64,000 nucleotides of DNA. Source: Phyllosticta citribraziliensis. Taxonomy: Eukaryota. The notes under the pieces are model-generated. The model searched no databases and had not been told where the DNA came from. It saw only the letters and a list, made by a program, of their open reading frames with translations. How positions within the stretch are numbered: the first letter of the stretch is position 1; the number at the start of each line of letters is the position of its first letter. A program made the translations under genes and the position numbers. The DNA is taken from contig NW_027117343.1 of assembly GCF_038025025.1 (NCBI RefSeq), positions 868,001 through 932,000 on the forward strand, in the 5' to 3' direction. Shown here piece by piece: positions 36,501 through 48,700 of the stretch.

Positions 36501-38835
36501 ACCGAACGGACACTTTGCTTTTTCCCTCGTCGTCGTGTCTTCATTGCCGCATGTGTGAGGGCGTTTTCTGTTGCCTCTTTTGGCCACACGAGAGGCCAAG
36601 ACTGTGGGGCAGGCAGGATGAATGAATGCATGCAATGAATGAGGCTTCTGTGCATGTAAGACGACGGAAAGGATGGGATGGGCTGGGAAAAGTGTGGAGT
36701 GGAGTGGAGAGTTTGTGGGAGGAGGAGGTGAGGAAGCAGAGATAGGTCGGCGTGTGGTGGTTGGTTGAGATTCCCGAGTGGACGGCACGATGAGGTGAGA
36801 GAGGAGCGTGCAGTGAAGATGCAGGGGTGGGTGGTTGCGTGCGCGTGTGGGTTGACGGAGGGAGAGCCGCTGTCGGTCGTCGTCTGTCGAGGGACCCCGT
36901 GAGATGAGGGAGCAGAGGCAGGAGGAGGGGAGGAGGGCAGGAGGGCAGGAGCGAAGGAAATGCCATCTGCAAGCGGGACGGATCCAAGACACGATGCGAG
37001 TGGACAATGGGCAGTCATGGTGGTGAGAAAAAATCAGCGGCTGCAGCAGCAATTAGGTGTGGCTGTCTGTCTGCTGCTGCTCCCATCCACGGAATGCTCG
37101 CGACTCGGCAGCATGCGAGGTGCTTATGCTCAAGGTGCAGCATGTTGTACCAATGCAGCCATGGAGCTAGGTACATTACCGTTGTTGCCGCAGTGCATGC
37201 ATGCATGGAGCTGCTACTGTACCTTGGCTGCATGGTAGGTTCTAGCAGACGACGGCGAAGACGCGAGGCGAGAGGGAAGGACAGCTGCTCATGCAGGGAT
37301 GGTGTCCTGATTTCCGTCGAAAGACGTTGAACAGTCATCTGGGATGCAGCGGTGAAGCACTGGCCATTTATTGCGAGAGATGCGGTCATGACTGACTGTG
37401 TATGTCAGGCAGTCGACGGAGATTTCAAGGCCAAGTCTAGGATCTCAACACGACGACAATTCTGCGCTGGCACAGGCAGGTTTCGCGGCATTGTCGCCGA
37501 GAAGATGCAGGACGGACGTGTTTTGTGATTCTTGGGGGGGCATGCCGAAGATCCGCGGGGGCAGCGACGGGCCACAACCATCTCGGCGGAGGCGGCGGGT
37601 GGAACGTGCAAGGCGGATTGGCGACAAATAAACAATTCCATGGCATGGGGAGGGGGTTGGCACATGACCTGACTGAATGCTTGCAGGCGGGGAAAGCGGA
37701 GGTGGTGGTTAGTGATCTGAGATGTTAAGCATACAGGCTGCCTGGTGCATCAAGTGGGCTCAGCTGATGGCCGCTGTTTGTTTGGATTGATACTTTGGTG
37801 ATACTTTGGCTGTAGCACGGGGGCGACGAGGTCGACGACGACGACGGTGACAGCGACGTGGAAAAAAGAAAGACGAAAAAGATTGACAGCGATGGAAGAC
37901 AAGGTAGAGCGAGTAGACGACGTGATCATCTCGCCATGGGTGGAGAGACATTACTGGAGCGAGAGGGGGCGGCAGATCGGGAGCGACTCGGCGAGGGGAG
38001 ACGGGAGTGCTGAGAGGTCCGCCGGCGGCTTCGGGTTGGGGTTGGGGCCGCAGACGGGACGAGCAAGGAGCAGTGACCGGACAGCGGAGGAGATGTGCGG
38101 CAGGGATCAAGCAAGCCCGGCCATCGCAGGTCGAGGCGCGAAGGAAGGATGCGGACAGACTACGTGATTGTCGTCGTTGAGGACAGAAGTCGACTGTGTG
38201 TACGGTGCACGCATGTCGATTCTCGTCGGTCGTCGCCGGGTGCCGGCGCAGCGAGAAGGCACTTTGTGGTGACGAAACGCCGGGCCCTGAGTCGTGGCGT
38301 CCCAGCATCACCACCCATCGACAGCCAAAAGCTTAGTATGAGATGAGTCCGTGCTCAAGCTACCCCTGCCAGCCTCGACCTTTCCTTTTCGTTGCATCAT
38401 AGACACTACACAACTCTCCGCCCTCTGGAAATCTCTGCCCTAACCACTTCGCGCCCTCCAGACCCAGCCCGGTCCTTCCAGCGCTGCCGGCGGCACACCC
38501 TTCCCGGCGCGCCACCATGCCGCCGCCGCCGACGTCTCCCTGTCTGGAAACATGGCCTTTTTCTCCACCTCATGCCTGTCTAAGCTCCTCCAACGGCTCC
38601 TAACCATGCACCAGTCAATCGTGATCCACTCCCCAATGCGCTATGACACACCCGCCCAGTGAGCCCAGCGTCACACCCATCTTAAAGCGGCCACGGACGT
38701 CACCTGCTACCCTGGCAAGCCCGTCCATCCTCCCCACGCCCTCATATACCGTACCTGCGGCCCTCTTGCTCGCCAGGAACTCGTCGTCCCACACTCACCT
38801 CTCGGTCTCGTCAATCTGCCCATCGGTTGCCCACC

Positions 38836-39863
38836 ATGAATCAGCTCTACCGTAGAAACGACGCTCTGAACGTCAACCGTCAGTTCGCCCCCCTCGCATC
38901 ACTTCTCAATGCTGACCCTCCACAGCCCCCGTGGTCAATGGCAAGACTTCCGACATCAACATTACCGTCCGTGGTTCGGACTGGTACTGGGCAGTTTGCG
39001 CAATCATGACAACTGCGGCCCTCGTCTTCTCTGGCTTGTCCCACACAAAGCCGCGTCCCCAGCGCCTGTTTCACTACATCACCGCTGGTATCTGCTTCAC
39101 TGCCGCCATTGCCTACTTTTCCATGGGCTCCAACCTTGGCTGGACTCCAATTGATGTTCAATTCCGTCGTTCCGACTCCAAGGTGTCCGGCATCAATCGC
39201 GAAATCTTCTATGTCCGCTACATTGACTGGTTCATCACCACGCCGCTCCTGCTCATGGACCTCATGCTCACTGCCGGCATGCCGTGGCCCACCATCCTGT
39301 GGACCATCTTCATGGATTGGGTCATGATCGTCTGCGGCTTGGTTGGCGCCCTCGTCAAGAGCTCCTACAAGTGGGGTTACTTTACCTTTGGTAAGTCGAA
39401 AGTAAATTGGTTCGCCTTCATTTGCTGACGCGACTAAGGATGCGCCGCCCTCGTGTACATCATTTACCAACTGGGTTGGGAGTCCCGTCTCCACGCTTCG
39501 CACATTGGCCCTGACGTCAGCCGCGTTTATTTGATGACTGGCGTCCTGACCATCGTCCTGTGGATCTGCTACCCCATCGCATGGGGTGTCTGCGAAGGCG
39601 GCAACATTATTTCTCCTGACTCAGAAGCCGTCTTCTACGGCATCCTTGACATCTTCGCCAAGGTTGGCTTCGGCGCCGTCCTCATCTTTGGCCACCGCAA
39701 CATCGATGCCGAGAGACTTGGTCTGAGGATTCGCGATTACGACGAGGACCCTGCCGTTCACCCGTCGACCACGGGCGAGAAGAGGTCCAACGGTGGCTCC
39801 AACGGCGTGACGAACGGCGGGCAGCAGGCGGCTCCCGCTGAGACGACCGCTACCAACGTGTAA
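38836..39863 (+). CDS. carO: Fungal rhodopsin CarO (retinal-binding opsin, predicted proton pump)
   Basis: Exons 38836-38878, 38926-39390, 39439-39863. GSDWYWAV, helix C RYIDWFITTPLLLMDL (DTD motif), helix G YGILDIFAK with the Schiff-base Lys; fourth gene of the car cluster. Confidence 0.93.
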
Positions 39864-41443
39864 AAACTTCGATCCTGATTCCATCGACTGGAGGTTGACA
39901 CCACGCCTGTATGGATTCTCATTACATGATACCAAGCGCAGTCCTTCTTCGCTTTTCGCAACCTTCTTGCGTTGTTCCTGTTTCGCATTTTTGCTCTTCT
40001 TGTCTCCAATCCTTCTTGCCCGGCGGCTTCTTGTCAGAGATTTGTCTTGGTCCGGGCTTGGTATGTTTTCTGTTCTGCTCAACGCTTGGATACTGGTTAT
40101 CAATGCTAGGCAGGGGCAACTAATGCAAACAACCTAATAATTGATACCCTGGCTCTAATCAAAAGAATTTGCATGTCGTCGAAACTGACTTTTCGTGCTT
40201 TGAAACTGCCACGTAGCGGACTGTCGTTCGCCAGCGACTAGGATTTGTTGATGTATTTTTTCCACCACAAAATTTGCTAGTTGTGCATGGATGAAGTTGG
40301 TTTAGAGATGCTTCGCTCGGCGCACACGTCAATCAAGATTTCGAACGAGGCGCACGGCACGCAGGCGCCACAACGGACGCAAAGCCTGCGTTCCTGAAAA
40401 TAATGTCATCATCTAAGACGACTACGACACGAAATTTCCCTCCCGTCACTGATCCACTCAATTCACCACACGCCTCCATATACGCATCCTCGACTTAGTC
40501 ACAAGCCACTCGCTGCCGCGACCAATTCAATTCCATTCCTTCTGCCATCCTCGTCATCCCGGCTAACCCAGCAAGCACCTCAGTCGACGGCCGCCCGCAC
40601 GTGGACCAGTCTCAGCGTCGCGCCCAGCCTTAGCCGCACCCGCCTTCCCTGCTCCGCGCCTTTGCAACTCTATCTCGAACAGCTGCATCCCTCCCTTTCC
40701 GCGATATGACTCCTCAACTTTCCCTGCCTTTCCGTCGTCCTTGCTTCCATCCTTCCCTTCCTGCTGCTGCTGCCGCCGCCGCGCTATTGTACCAACTGCC
40801 CGACTCCGTCTTCGATCCGACAGATGCCACGCCCCTCCACTCCCTACACGCGCTGCGCTGTGCCGTGCTGGGTAGCCCCGCTCCGTCCGCGCTGCCGCCG
40901 CTAGATACCGCGTCCTAGGCAAGGCCCGCTTGCGAGCGATGCAGGGAAATCGATGCCGGCCGGTCTGAACAACACTAACGGCTTTCACGGGCGCCCAGCA
41001 CCCCAAGAAAAGGGGGCCACGGTACGGTGGTACGGTACGGTGCGGTAGGGGTCATGATGGGCAATTGCTCGATTGCGATGGCCAGCTCACTCGAGAAGTT
41101 TCGCGCGCAGTCGGCGGTGTTTCACGTCGAGAGTGCTTGACTGACGCCGGGGGTGGGAGGGAGGGTCTGCGAGGTAGCCATTTAGCCAGCCAGCCAGCCA
41201 GCCGCCTTTCGCGATGTTTCGACGCCGTACATGCTTGTCGTCGTGTTGTGTTGCGCTCTCGTCTACTAGTGCATTTTTGTTTCGTGATGCAGACGCGACG
41301 GGGAGTAAGTGATGTGGACGGAACGCCAGGAATGGCAGAGCCGGCCAGCAGCAAGCCTGTCGACGACTGTGAAACGCCGTCCTCGATGCATGACTACATG
41401 ACTGAGCGTGCGAGCGGCTGGCAGGTGCGAGGTCGCGATGCGA

Positions 41444-41471
41444 TGCGATGCGCTGCGCTGCGATGTGATGC
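41444..41471 (-). repeat. Right arm of the 28-bp perfect inverted repeat (partner at 36233..36260)
   Basis: tgcgatgcgctgcgctgcgatgtgatgc, embedded in a (GCGAT)n-like run. Confidence 0.85.
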
Positions 41472-44254
41472 TTTCGCCCTGCATCATCACCGTCCCCTGC
41501 CCTTGCCAGCCCAACACTCACCTGCTATACCCATCCTGAAAACTTTCTGTTTCGCATCCCCTTTCTCCTCTGTCTTGAAACACGTCACCATCGCCATCGC
41601 CGCAGCTACACCGCAGAGTCTCTATCCGCCCCCCGACTAACTTACCCCCTGCCAACACCAAATCTTTTCCGATCGTAGGGTCATGACCTCTCCTTTTCCG
41701 CCATTATTACAGTGCTTCGACTTGCTGGTTCATTGGTGGATTGTTCTTGAAACAAAAATCTCTGACTTACTGTTCTCTTATCCATGTCGCCGGCCCCTGA
41801 ACGACTGGTTGCGAAGGCGATTGGATCACCGACTGCTCATCCAAGTTTCGCTTACGGACGCTTTCTGTTTGTTTATGGATTGTCGCTACTGCATCCCGCG
41901 CTCTTCTGCCTTTTGATTGCCAGAGAGAAGAGTGCGACGCATCCTCTGGCTCACTTGTGCCGATGACGTACTGCTCTCAGTCGAAGAGAAACACATGATC
42001 AAATAACTGCCTGATATGCCTCTTCTGTGACCCGACCGCCATGCGCATTTGCATGTGACCAAAACTTGAAGAATTGTCTCCTGACTGGTGCCAGTCCAAC
42101 TATGTAAACACCGGCCTCTCCAGGGGTATCACCTCCGCATTCGCAGCGTCCGCTCTGCGCAGCAACAACGAAACCATGGAAGAGGACGACTTGTCCACCC
42201 AGCTCTCTCGGAATGGAAATTTACTTCTCTGTGGCGGGGGTGGTGCGGTTTGCAAGTTGTATGCAAGGGCGCCTCAGGGGCAAGAGGGCAGTGTCAGGGG
42301 GCGCACCATTCAACCACGGTGTAAGAGTGCGATGCTAGGAATCGACACTGACAACCATCGACGAACTTGCTGTTTTTTATCACCATGATTGCACAGCGTC
42401 CAGATGATTCCGCGCCTCATCAAAACCAAGCAACGACTCCCAAACTCCAAACGAGCCCAGAACCCACACGCAAAAACAGTAAAGCATGAGGATAGATGGG
42501 TCGCCAACCAACACCAGTGTAAGCTCTTATCTGACTGGCTTCACCGAGCGAGCCAGCCAGCCATGAGCGACACTGGGCTAACTCCTGCGGGGGGCGAACG
42601 GCGATTTTATACCTCCCTCTACTCGACTGCGCACGTGTCAGGAGGAGTCGTGCGCGCATGCGGGATCACGAGAGGGGTTTCAGACTGCAGCTTTGGTTGG
42701 TGGTTGCATGTGAGATTTGTAGTGTTTATGATGCTCCTGAATTCGTAGTCTTGCTGCGATAGAAGTGCTCTTTTGCGTACTGATCCGTGGACTTTCTAGG
42801 AGCATCATGACAGAGCAGGAATTACTGTTTGGCGGCCGCGGCCGTGGTGGTAGGGTGTTTGGTTTAGTATCTCAGGGGTAGGAGGGTAGGGGTTATATTC
42901 TTGAGAAGTGTTGTTCAGCGACACTTTTCTGCTTCTCCTTCATCACTGTCAATCAATGAGTACTAAACGCGGCGACGCGCTGGTGAAAGAAGAAAAGATG
43001 GGTTTTCCGCAGCCACGCGAGGCCGCAAAAAACAATCGTCTCTGTGGCGAGGTTTGACACCGGAAGACCAGCCCAAGTGTACTCGTACGTGACGATTGGT
43101 CCTTGAAGTTGGCTGGCCACGATTGTCAGTGATCTTCTTCTGCGGAGCGAGGGCGTGATTTTGTACCCCTGACCTGCCGGTCTGTCCACCGCAACGGCGT
43201 TCCACACGCTCAAGACTCACGAGATTCACAGGCCGAGCTGGAGGCTGTGCCTGTCTCGTGATCTGTTGCCTCTGCTACGCGTCATGCGGCTGCAGCCGCG
43301 GACCGTGTACCTGCTTCTCCCGAAGAGGAAGTATAAATTGCGCTCGACCATGGACCATTTCTCATCAGTAACACACTATTCATATGCTTCTGTACTCAAG
43401 TGGAAAACGCCCAACAAACCCTACACTTTGTCTGTCTTCTGCCCCTTGGTCCACTTCATACCCGCGGACACAGACCGTTCTGCGAGTCCTTCCAGCGTCC
43501 ATCAACTTTGTTGAAATAGCATTATCATTCAGTGATGCAGAAAATTGTCAAAAGTTGATGACTTAAAGCATCTCCGTCGCACTGTGAATTGGGAAGAAAA
43601 TATGCGAGATTCGTGACTTCTAGTTCCTGCGGAAGGGCTGCTGCCGGCAGCAAAGTGTTGAGTTCTTCGAATTTTCATCAGCAAAGATAGCGTTCTGCTA
43701 GTTGACTTCTCCAATCTGGTGCCAACAAAGAACTCTGATTGAACAGGATACCAGCAGAATCACCTCGCTTGTATATGCGAGTTTGCGGGTAAGATCGTGC
43801 TCTACGCGTAGAGTTCGGCGCGTGACGGCGCCATTCTCTTCTCGACAGTTCCATGTGATAAAGCAGGTGGCAGTCCGAAGACGGAAGTAGACTGACCAAC
43901 CGAGCATGTGAGGCACTTGCTGCTGACAGGCCTGGTCGAGGCTTCGGGTATAAAACCTCCTTCGATCGCTCACTCTTGTCCAGGTCGCCAAGCAGCCCGT
44001 TGTCTGGCAATGCAACGAGGGTCGATCCAAAACCTTCACTTCGAAGCCCAAGAGCCACTTTTGTTTGTTGTCCCGCTGGATTCACGTTGGCTTTGGGTCC
44101 CTGCGTCATCGATCAGCGCGGAATATTGCTTCCCTCCAGCATTCTCAAGAGTCGTTCAGCAGCATGAACGCACAGTGTAAATAGCGGGTATCTGCAAGCT
44201 GCGAGGCTCTAGCGTCGATTCAAAAAAAATCCTTCGTCAGTCTTCTGTCAAACT

Positions 44255-45064
44255 CTACCACACCACGCCCATGACCCCCCAAACCGCCTCATAAACGCCC
44301 TCCACATCCCGCAACGTCTCCCTCGCAACAAAAACACCATAAACATCCTCCGCCCTCTCCAACAACTCCACCCCCTTCACCGGCCGTCCTCCCCTGAGTC
44401 CAACCCACCGCCTCAGCGCCGCCACCGCATCCGCCATATCCCATGGTCGCTGCCCCAGCCAGCTCATCCGCGCCACAGCACTCGCGACGACGTACTCCCA
44501 CGGCGCGGCGAGCACGCGCAGCCGCCCGCTATGCGACACGTAGATGGTGTCGTTTTGGCGACACGCGGCGGCCGCGAGGTGCGATTGCAGCGGCAGCGGG
44601 AGCGAGAGGATGACGGCGTTGGTCAGCCAGTTGGGCTGCAGGCGGGGGACGTTGCGGGTGCGGCTTTTGCGGTCTTGCCCACCACTGGCTGGCATGGCGA
44701 ATGCGGCGGCGGCGGCGAGCGCGGCGTTCTGCGGCGACGCGGGATCTGGGTGGAAGAACTGCAGCGCGGATGTCGTGAGGCGGCTGCGCAGGTGCAGGAC
44801 GTGCAGGGCGCCGCCGAGCGCGATGATTGTGATGGGGGCTTCGTTGTGGTGGTCGAGGTGGAGGGAGGCGAGATCCAGGGCGTGTAGAAGGTCGGCTCGT
44901 GTGAGTTTGGGGTCGAGGGTTGGGTCGCTGGTGTTGTGCTCTGGTTGGGGCGATGGGACCATGATGGGACCGCCTATGGGAGGCGAGATGCAGCGGTTGG
45001 GTGGTGGCGCTCTTGGAGGAGTACGTTTGGATGGACATGAGGGACGGGAGGGGAGACAGCCCAT
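44255..45064 (-). CDS. Hypothetical protein with a fungal nucleotidyltransferase-like fold (AbiEii/DUF6036-like), degenerate active site and N-terminal MGC motif
   Basis: ATG at 45064 (MGCLPSRPSC), Pro-rich linker, then IIALGGAL..LHLRSRLTTSALQFF, NWLTNAV, LRVLAAPWEY, WDMADAV. Family recognised by pattern only. Confidence 0.62.
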   Translation of the reverse strand: MGCLPSRPSCPSKRTPPRAPPPNRCISPPIGGPIMVPSPQPEHNTSDPTLDPKLTRADLLHALDLASLHLDHHNEAPITIIALGGALHVLHLRSRLTTSALQFFHPDPASPQNAALAAAAAFAMPASGGQDRKSRTRNVPRLQPNWLTNAVILSLPLPLQSHLAAAACRQNDTIYVSHSGRLRVLAAPWEYVVASAVARMSWLGQRPWDMADAVAALRRWVGLRGGRPVKGVELLERAEDVYGVFVARETLRDVEGVYEAVWGVMGVVW

Positions 45065-45783
45065 GTTTTTGAGGCGCTGGTTCGATGGTCCCAAGTAATC
45101 GAGCTTTTGAATGCCCCGGGGTACGTGTCTGAAAGAAGACTGTCTGGCTATGAACAAATTCCCTTCATCCACATCAGTGTATCAAATGGCATATATACAT
45201 GCCCATTCATGGCTTCGTCGTCCTCTCCGCAATCGCTTTCTGCATACACACTTCGGCAAATGCACTCAATGAGGCGATGTTGGTTGAGCCGCACAGCGCT
45301 GCGATTGGCCACCGCGTGCTTACTTACATGAACAAGACAAGCGCGCGACAACTGCGCCTACCACATCTAAGGTTATAGTTAGCCTCGTTCCAATATGCAC
45401 AAAATGACCAAAACTGTCGATTTCCTGGAAGAGTGTCAAATATGTGTGGGTGAGCCCTGGTTCCAATACTGTGCTTATGCGGCGTTTTCATGTCGGGAAG
45501 AAGGAAATGGCAGCTGATGGTAGCGTGGCAAGCTCTTGTTCGTTGCGAATGTAGTCTTTGGAAGATGGAACATGAAGCGCAATTGGTGATACATTCTTAG
45601 AAGGGCTGTTGAGAGAATCATGAGAACGTCCATTGGGTCTGTGACTGAGAAAGGAGAGCAAATTGAGAAGTGCAATTGTGGCCGAGAAAGCCAGAGGCGT
45701 GAAAGGAGAAATCAGAAGCAATCCTCAAACTCCATGTCGAAATGAAAGAGTGAAAAGAGACAGAAACAAACTCAACCATGAAA

Positions 45784-48700
45784 TCAACGACGAGAGAACA
45801 GGGCCTTCCTTGGTGCCTTACCACCCGTGGCTTTCCTCGCGGGCGTGCCGAAGAGGCCACCCGTCGAACGCGTGAGAATGGATCCGCCAACATCTCCATC
45901 ACTATTGCCCTCCTCGCCATCCTTCTTCTTGTTCTCGAACCAGGTCTTCGCATAGCAAATCCAATTCTCAACCTCGTCGACGCCGTCATGAGAGCTGGTC
46001 CACGATCCATCCCTCTGCTTCTTCGCTAGGCGTCTGGCGACCTCGTTGGCTTCACTCAAAGAAACGAGCTTCCTCTTGGCTTGGCCTGTCTTCTCGTCCG
46101 AGCTCAAACGCTCTTTGACCATGTTCCACGTCTTCAAAACCAAGCTCGGTTCCTTCTTGTCGATGGACTTCTGCTCGCCAACGAACTTTTCGGGTCGACG
46201 CCTGACAATCGGATCACGTCCCACAGTCTGGCTGATTGATGTACCAAAGATGGAACCTGGGTCGCGGGGAAGCTGAGGAGGTTCCTTGAAGCATTCTCTC
46301 ATGCGTTCGTCCCATGCCATTTCCGCTGGGGTACGGCCAGTCGCATTTTCGCGATGCAACAGCTCTGGGCGGCGGTCCAGGATGATGTTGGCCAGGCGTA
46401 GGAATTTATTGCGGATGACGATGTGAAGGGGCGTGTCGCCTGCACCGTTAACCAATTCGAGCTCCTCGAGAGAGGAAGAAAAGTCCAGGATGACATTCAA
46501 GATCGCTGCATCCCGATCTGAATCACAGGCAAGGGTTTCGAGCCATTTGGAGAGCGGAGTGCTGCCTCCGAAGTCAGTGGCGCTGCGCTCGGTGAAGAGG
46601 CTGGGCAAGAGGCGGCGGTCAACTAGATCAAGCATCTTGGACAGTTGCTGAGGTCTGTAAACCTCATCTCCCGCTTGGTAAGGGATATTCTGCAAAAGCG
46701 TGTGGATCAGGTTGTTTCCGTCCTTGTCGCGAGTTGTTTGGTCGGCACCAGCGTCTATGAGGGCACGAGCGACAGCGTAGCGGCCAAGGCGGAAGGCGAG
46801 ATGGAGAGGGGTCAGACCAGAACTCGGTGACTTGGTTTTCAAAGACTTGGGAACCGCGTCGACAATGTAGTCGATCAGCTTGTTGCATTCCTGGATGGGG
46901 ATGTCCGAGATGATGATGCAGTGAAGAACGAGGTCGCGCCTTGTTCCCAACCAGCCCTTGATGCTCTTGTCCAATCCGCCTTGGGCCTGGGCAAGATACT
47001 GTAGACGCTTGTCTTCCTTGTGCGCCGCGGCGAATTCGTGATACCATCTCGTGGGGCTGTCGCTCAAGAACAACTCCAAAGAATCGACGTTTCCTGCCTT
47101 GGCCGCTTGAAGAAGAGGTGGGTGCAGAAACTGGACTACTGGCATGCTGACTTCCCGTCCAGCAGCCGCCCAGTCGGCACGCTTCGTGCCATGGACTGAC
47201 AGACCTTGGTAGAACTTGGGCTTCTCCGTGATTTTGACTCCACTGCTCTTGACAAGCTCTTCCAAGGGAATACCAGAGCCAGTCCTTTTGATTATCTCGG
47301 CAAGACAACGGGTTCTTCCATTCTTGATTGCAAAGGTCAGGTCGATCTCGTCGACCCTAAAGAATCGTTGCTCTCCGTCTTCGACCTTTTGGTACTGCTT
47401 GGCATACTCATCGCCCCACGTCAGCAGAGTCTTGAGCAAGTCCAGGTCGTCTTTGTAAATGGCGTATTGCAAAAGACCGATCATCTGAGCACGAGACCAC
47501 TCGCCAGATGTAGGATGCGAGGTCAATCCCAGCGACGAAGTGCCATCGTCACCCAGTTTGACCTCAGGGATAACGTAAGACCACTCGAAGAACTCGAGGG
47601 GAGTCGTATGGCTCCTGACTGCAGTCGCAACCTCACCGACGTTTTCGATGGTGAATTGGTCGTCGAGAATTTTGACGTCAAGCCTGATATTTCCACCATC
47701 GTCGTCATCAGTCTCGCTTGCCTGACTCGAGTCATCATCAGCCATATCGTAGCGTTGCTGAGCCTCCTCAGTCTTTGGCTTGTACTGGAGTTTTGCAATT
47801 TCGAGAATTCCTTTGGCGGTATCAAGGTGCCCCCGCAAAAGAGCAATGTGGAAAGGACTGGCTCCATTGGGGTCCTTGACAGCGATCTTGAGAGGGAACT
47901 GGTCGCCAGAATCACCCCAGAAGCTCAGAGTAAGCTTCTTGATCGTAGAAAAGTCACCGTTCCAAGCAGCCTCGTACCTGAAGACGCGTTAAATTAAATC
48001 ACAAAAAGACCTTGCCAATGCACTTACAGCTGAATGTACCCCTCCGTCATCTTTGGATTCAGATTCGGGACTTGAAATGAGAAGGTGACTTCGAAGGGCT
48101 TCTCCTTCGTGCTTTGTGGCGTTGCGTGGCGTCCAAAAGCACTTCGCTTTTCCCGAGTTGGCTGTTCGATTTCAGGGTGGAGTTCGTAGAAAGTTTTGGC
48201 ACCCTTTTCAACAAGAGCCTTTTCGACCTCTTCGAATTGCTCGATGAGACGGTTGATCGCTTGTTGCTTTTGTTCAAGGCCCTCTGGCTGTTGAGGCTCC
48301 GCCTTGTTCTGGTGGTCTAACTCGGCCTTGTAGCGGGCAATGGCCTGTTGAACCGTCATGACCGCCATCCACTGCTGATAACCGCCATCCTTGAAGGGTT
48401 TGATGAGATGCTGTCCGTCTCCTTCGAATGGAATCTTCGGTTCCTTCGGTTGGGCGGGGGTCTCCGGCTTGTACTTTCTCAATTCATTCAGCTTCTCGCG
48501 CACAACATCGATGAGCGCAAGACCGGAATCGCTCTTGCGTCTGTAGTCCCACTGAATGACTTGCCATCCCTTGTGAGCGATGGTGTTGGGATCAGCACCG
48601 TATTCGAGAAGCTTGAGCACGATATCCGGCATCTCCGCTTCGACGGCCATGACGATCGGCTGATGGACATGGTCGTAGAAGTTGCGCTTACTCTGTTCAG

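Noticed and set aside
40000..44200. 4-kb region of short ORFs downstream of carO, checked for an extra cluster gene
   Set aside because: No ORF with recognisable homology; dominated by simple repeats.
45070..45100. GGTTCGA T-loop-like words here and inside several CDSs
   Set aside because: No cloverleaf stems or A-box; not tRNAs.
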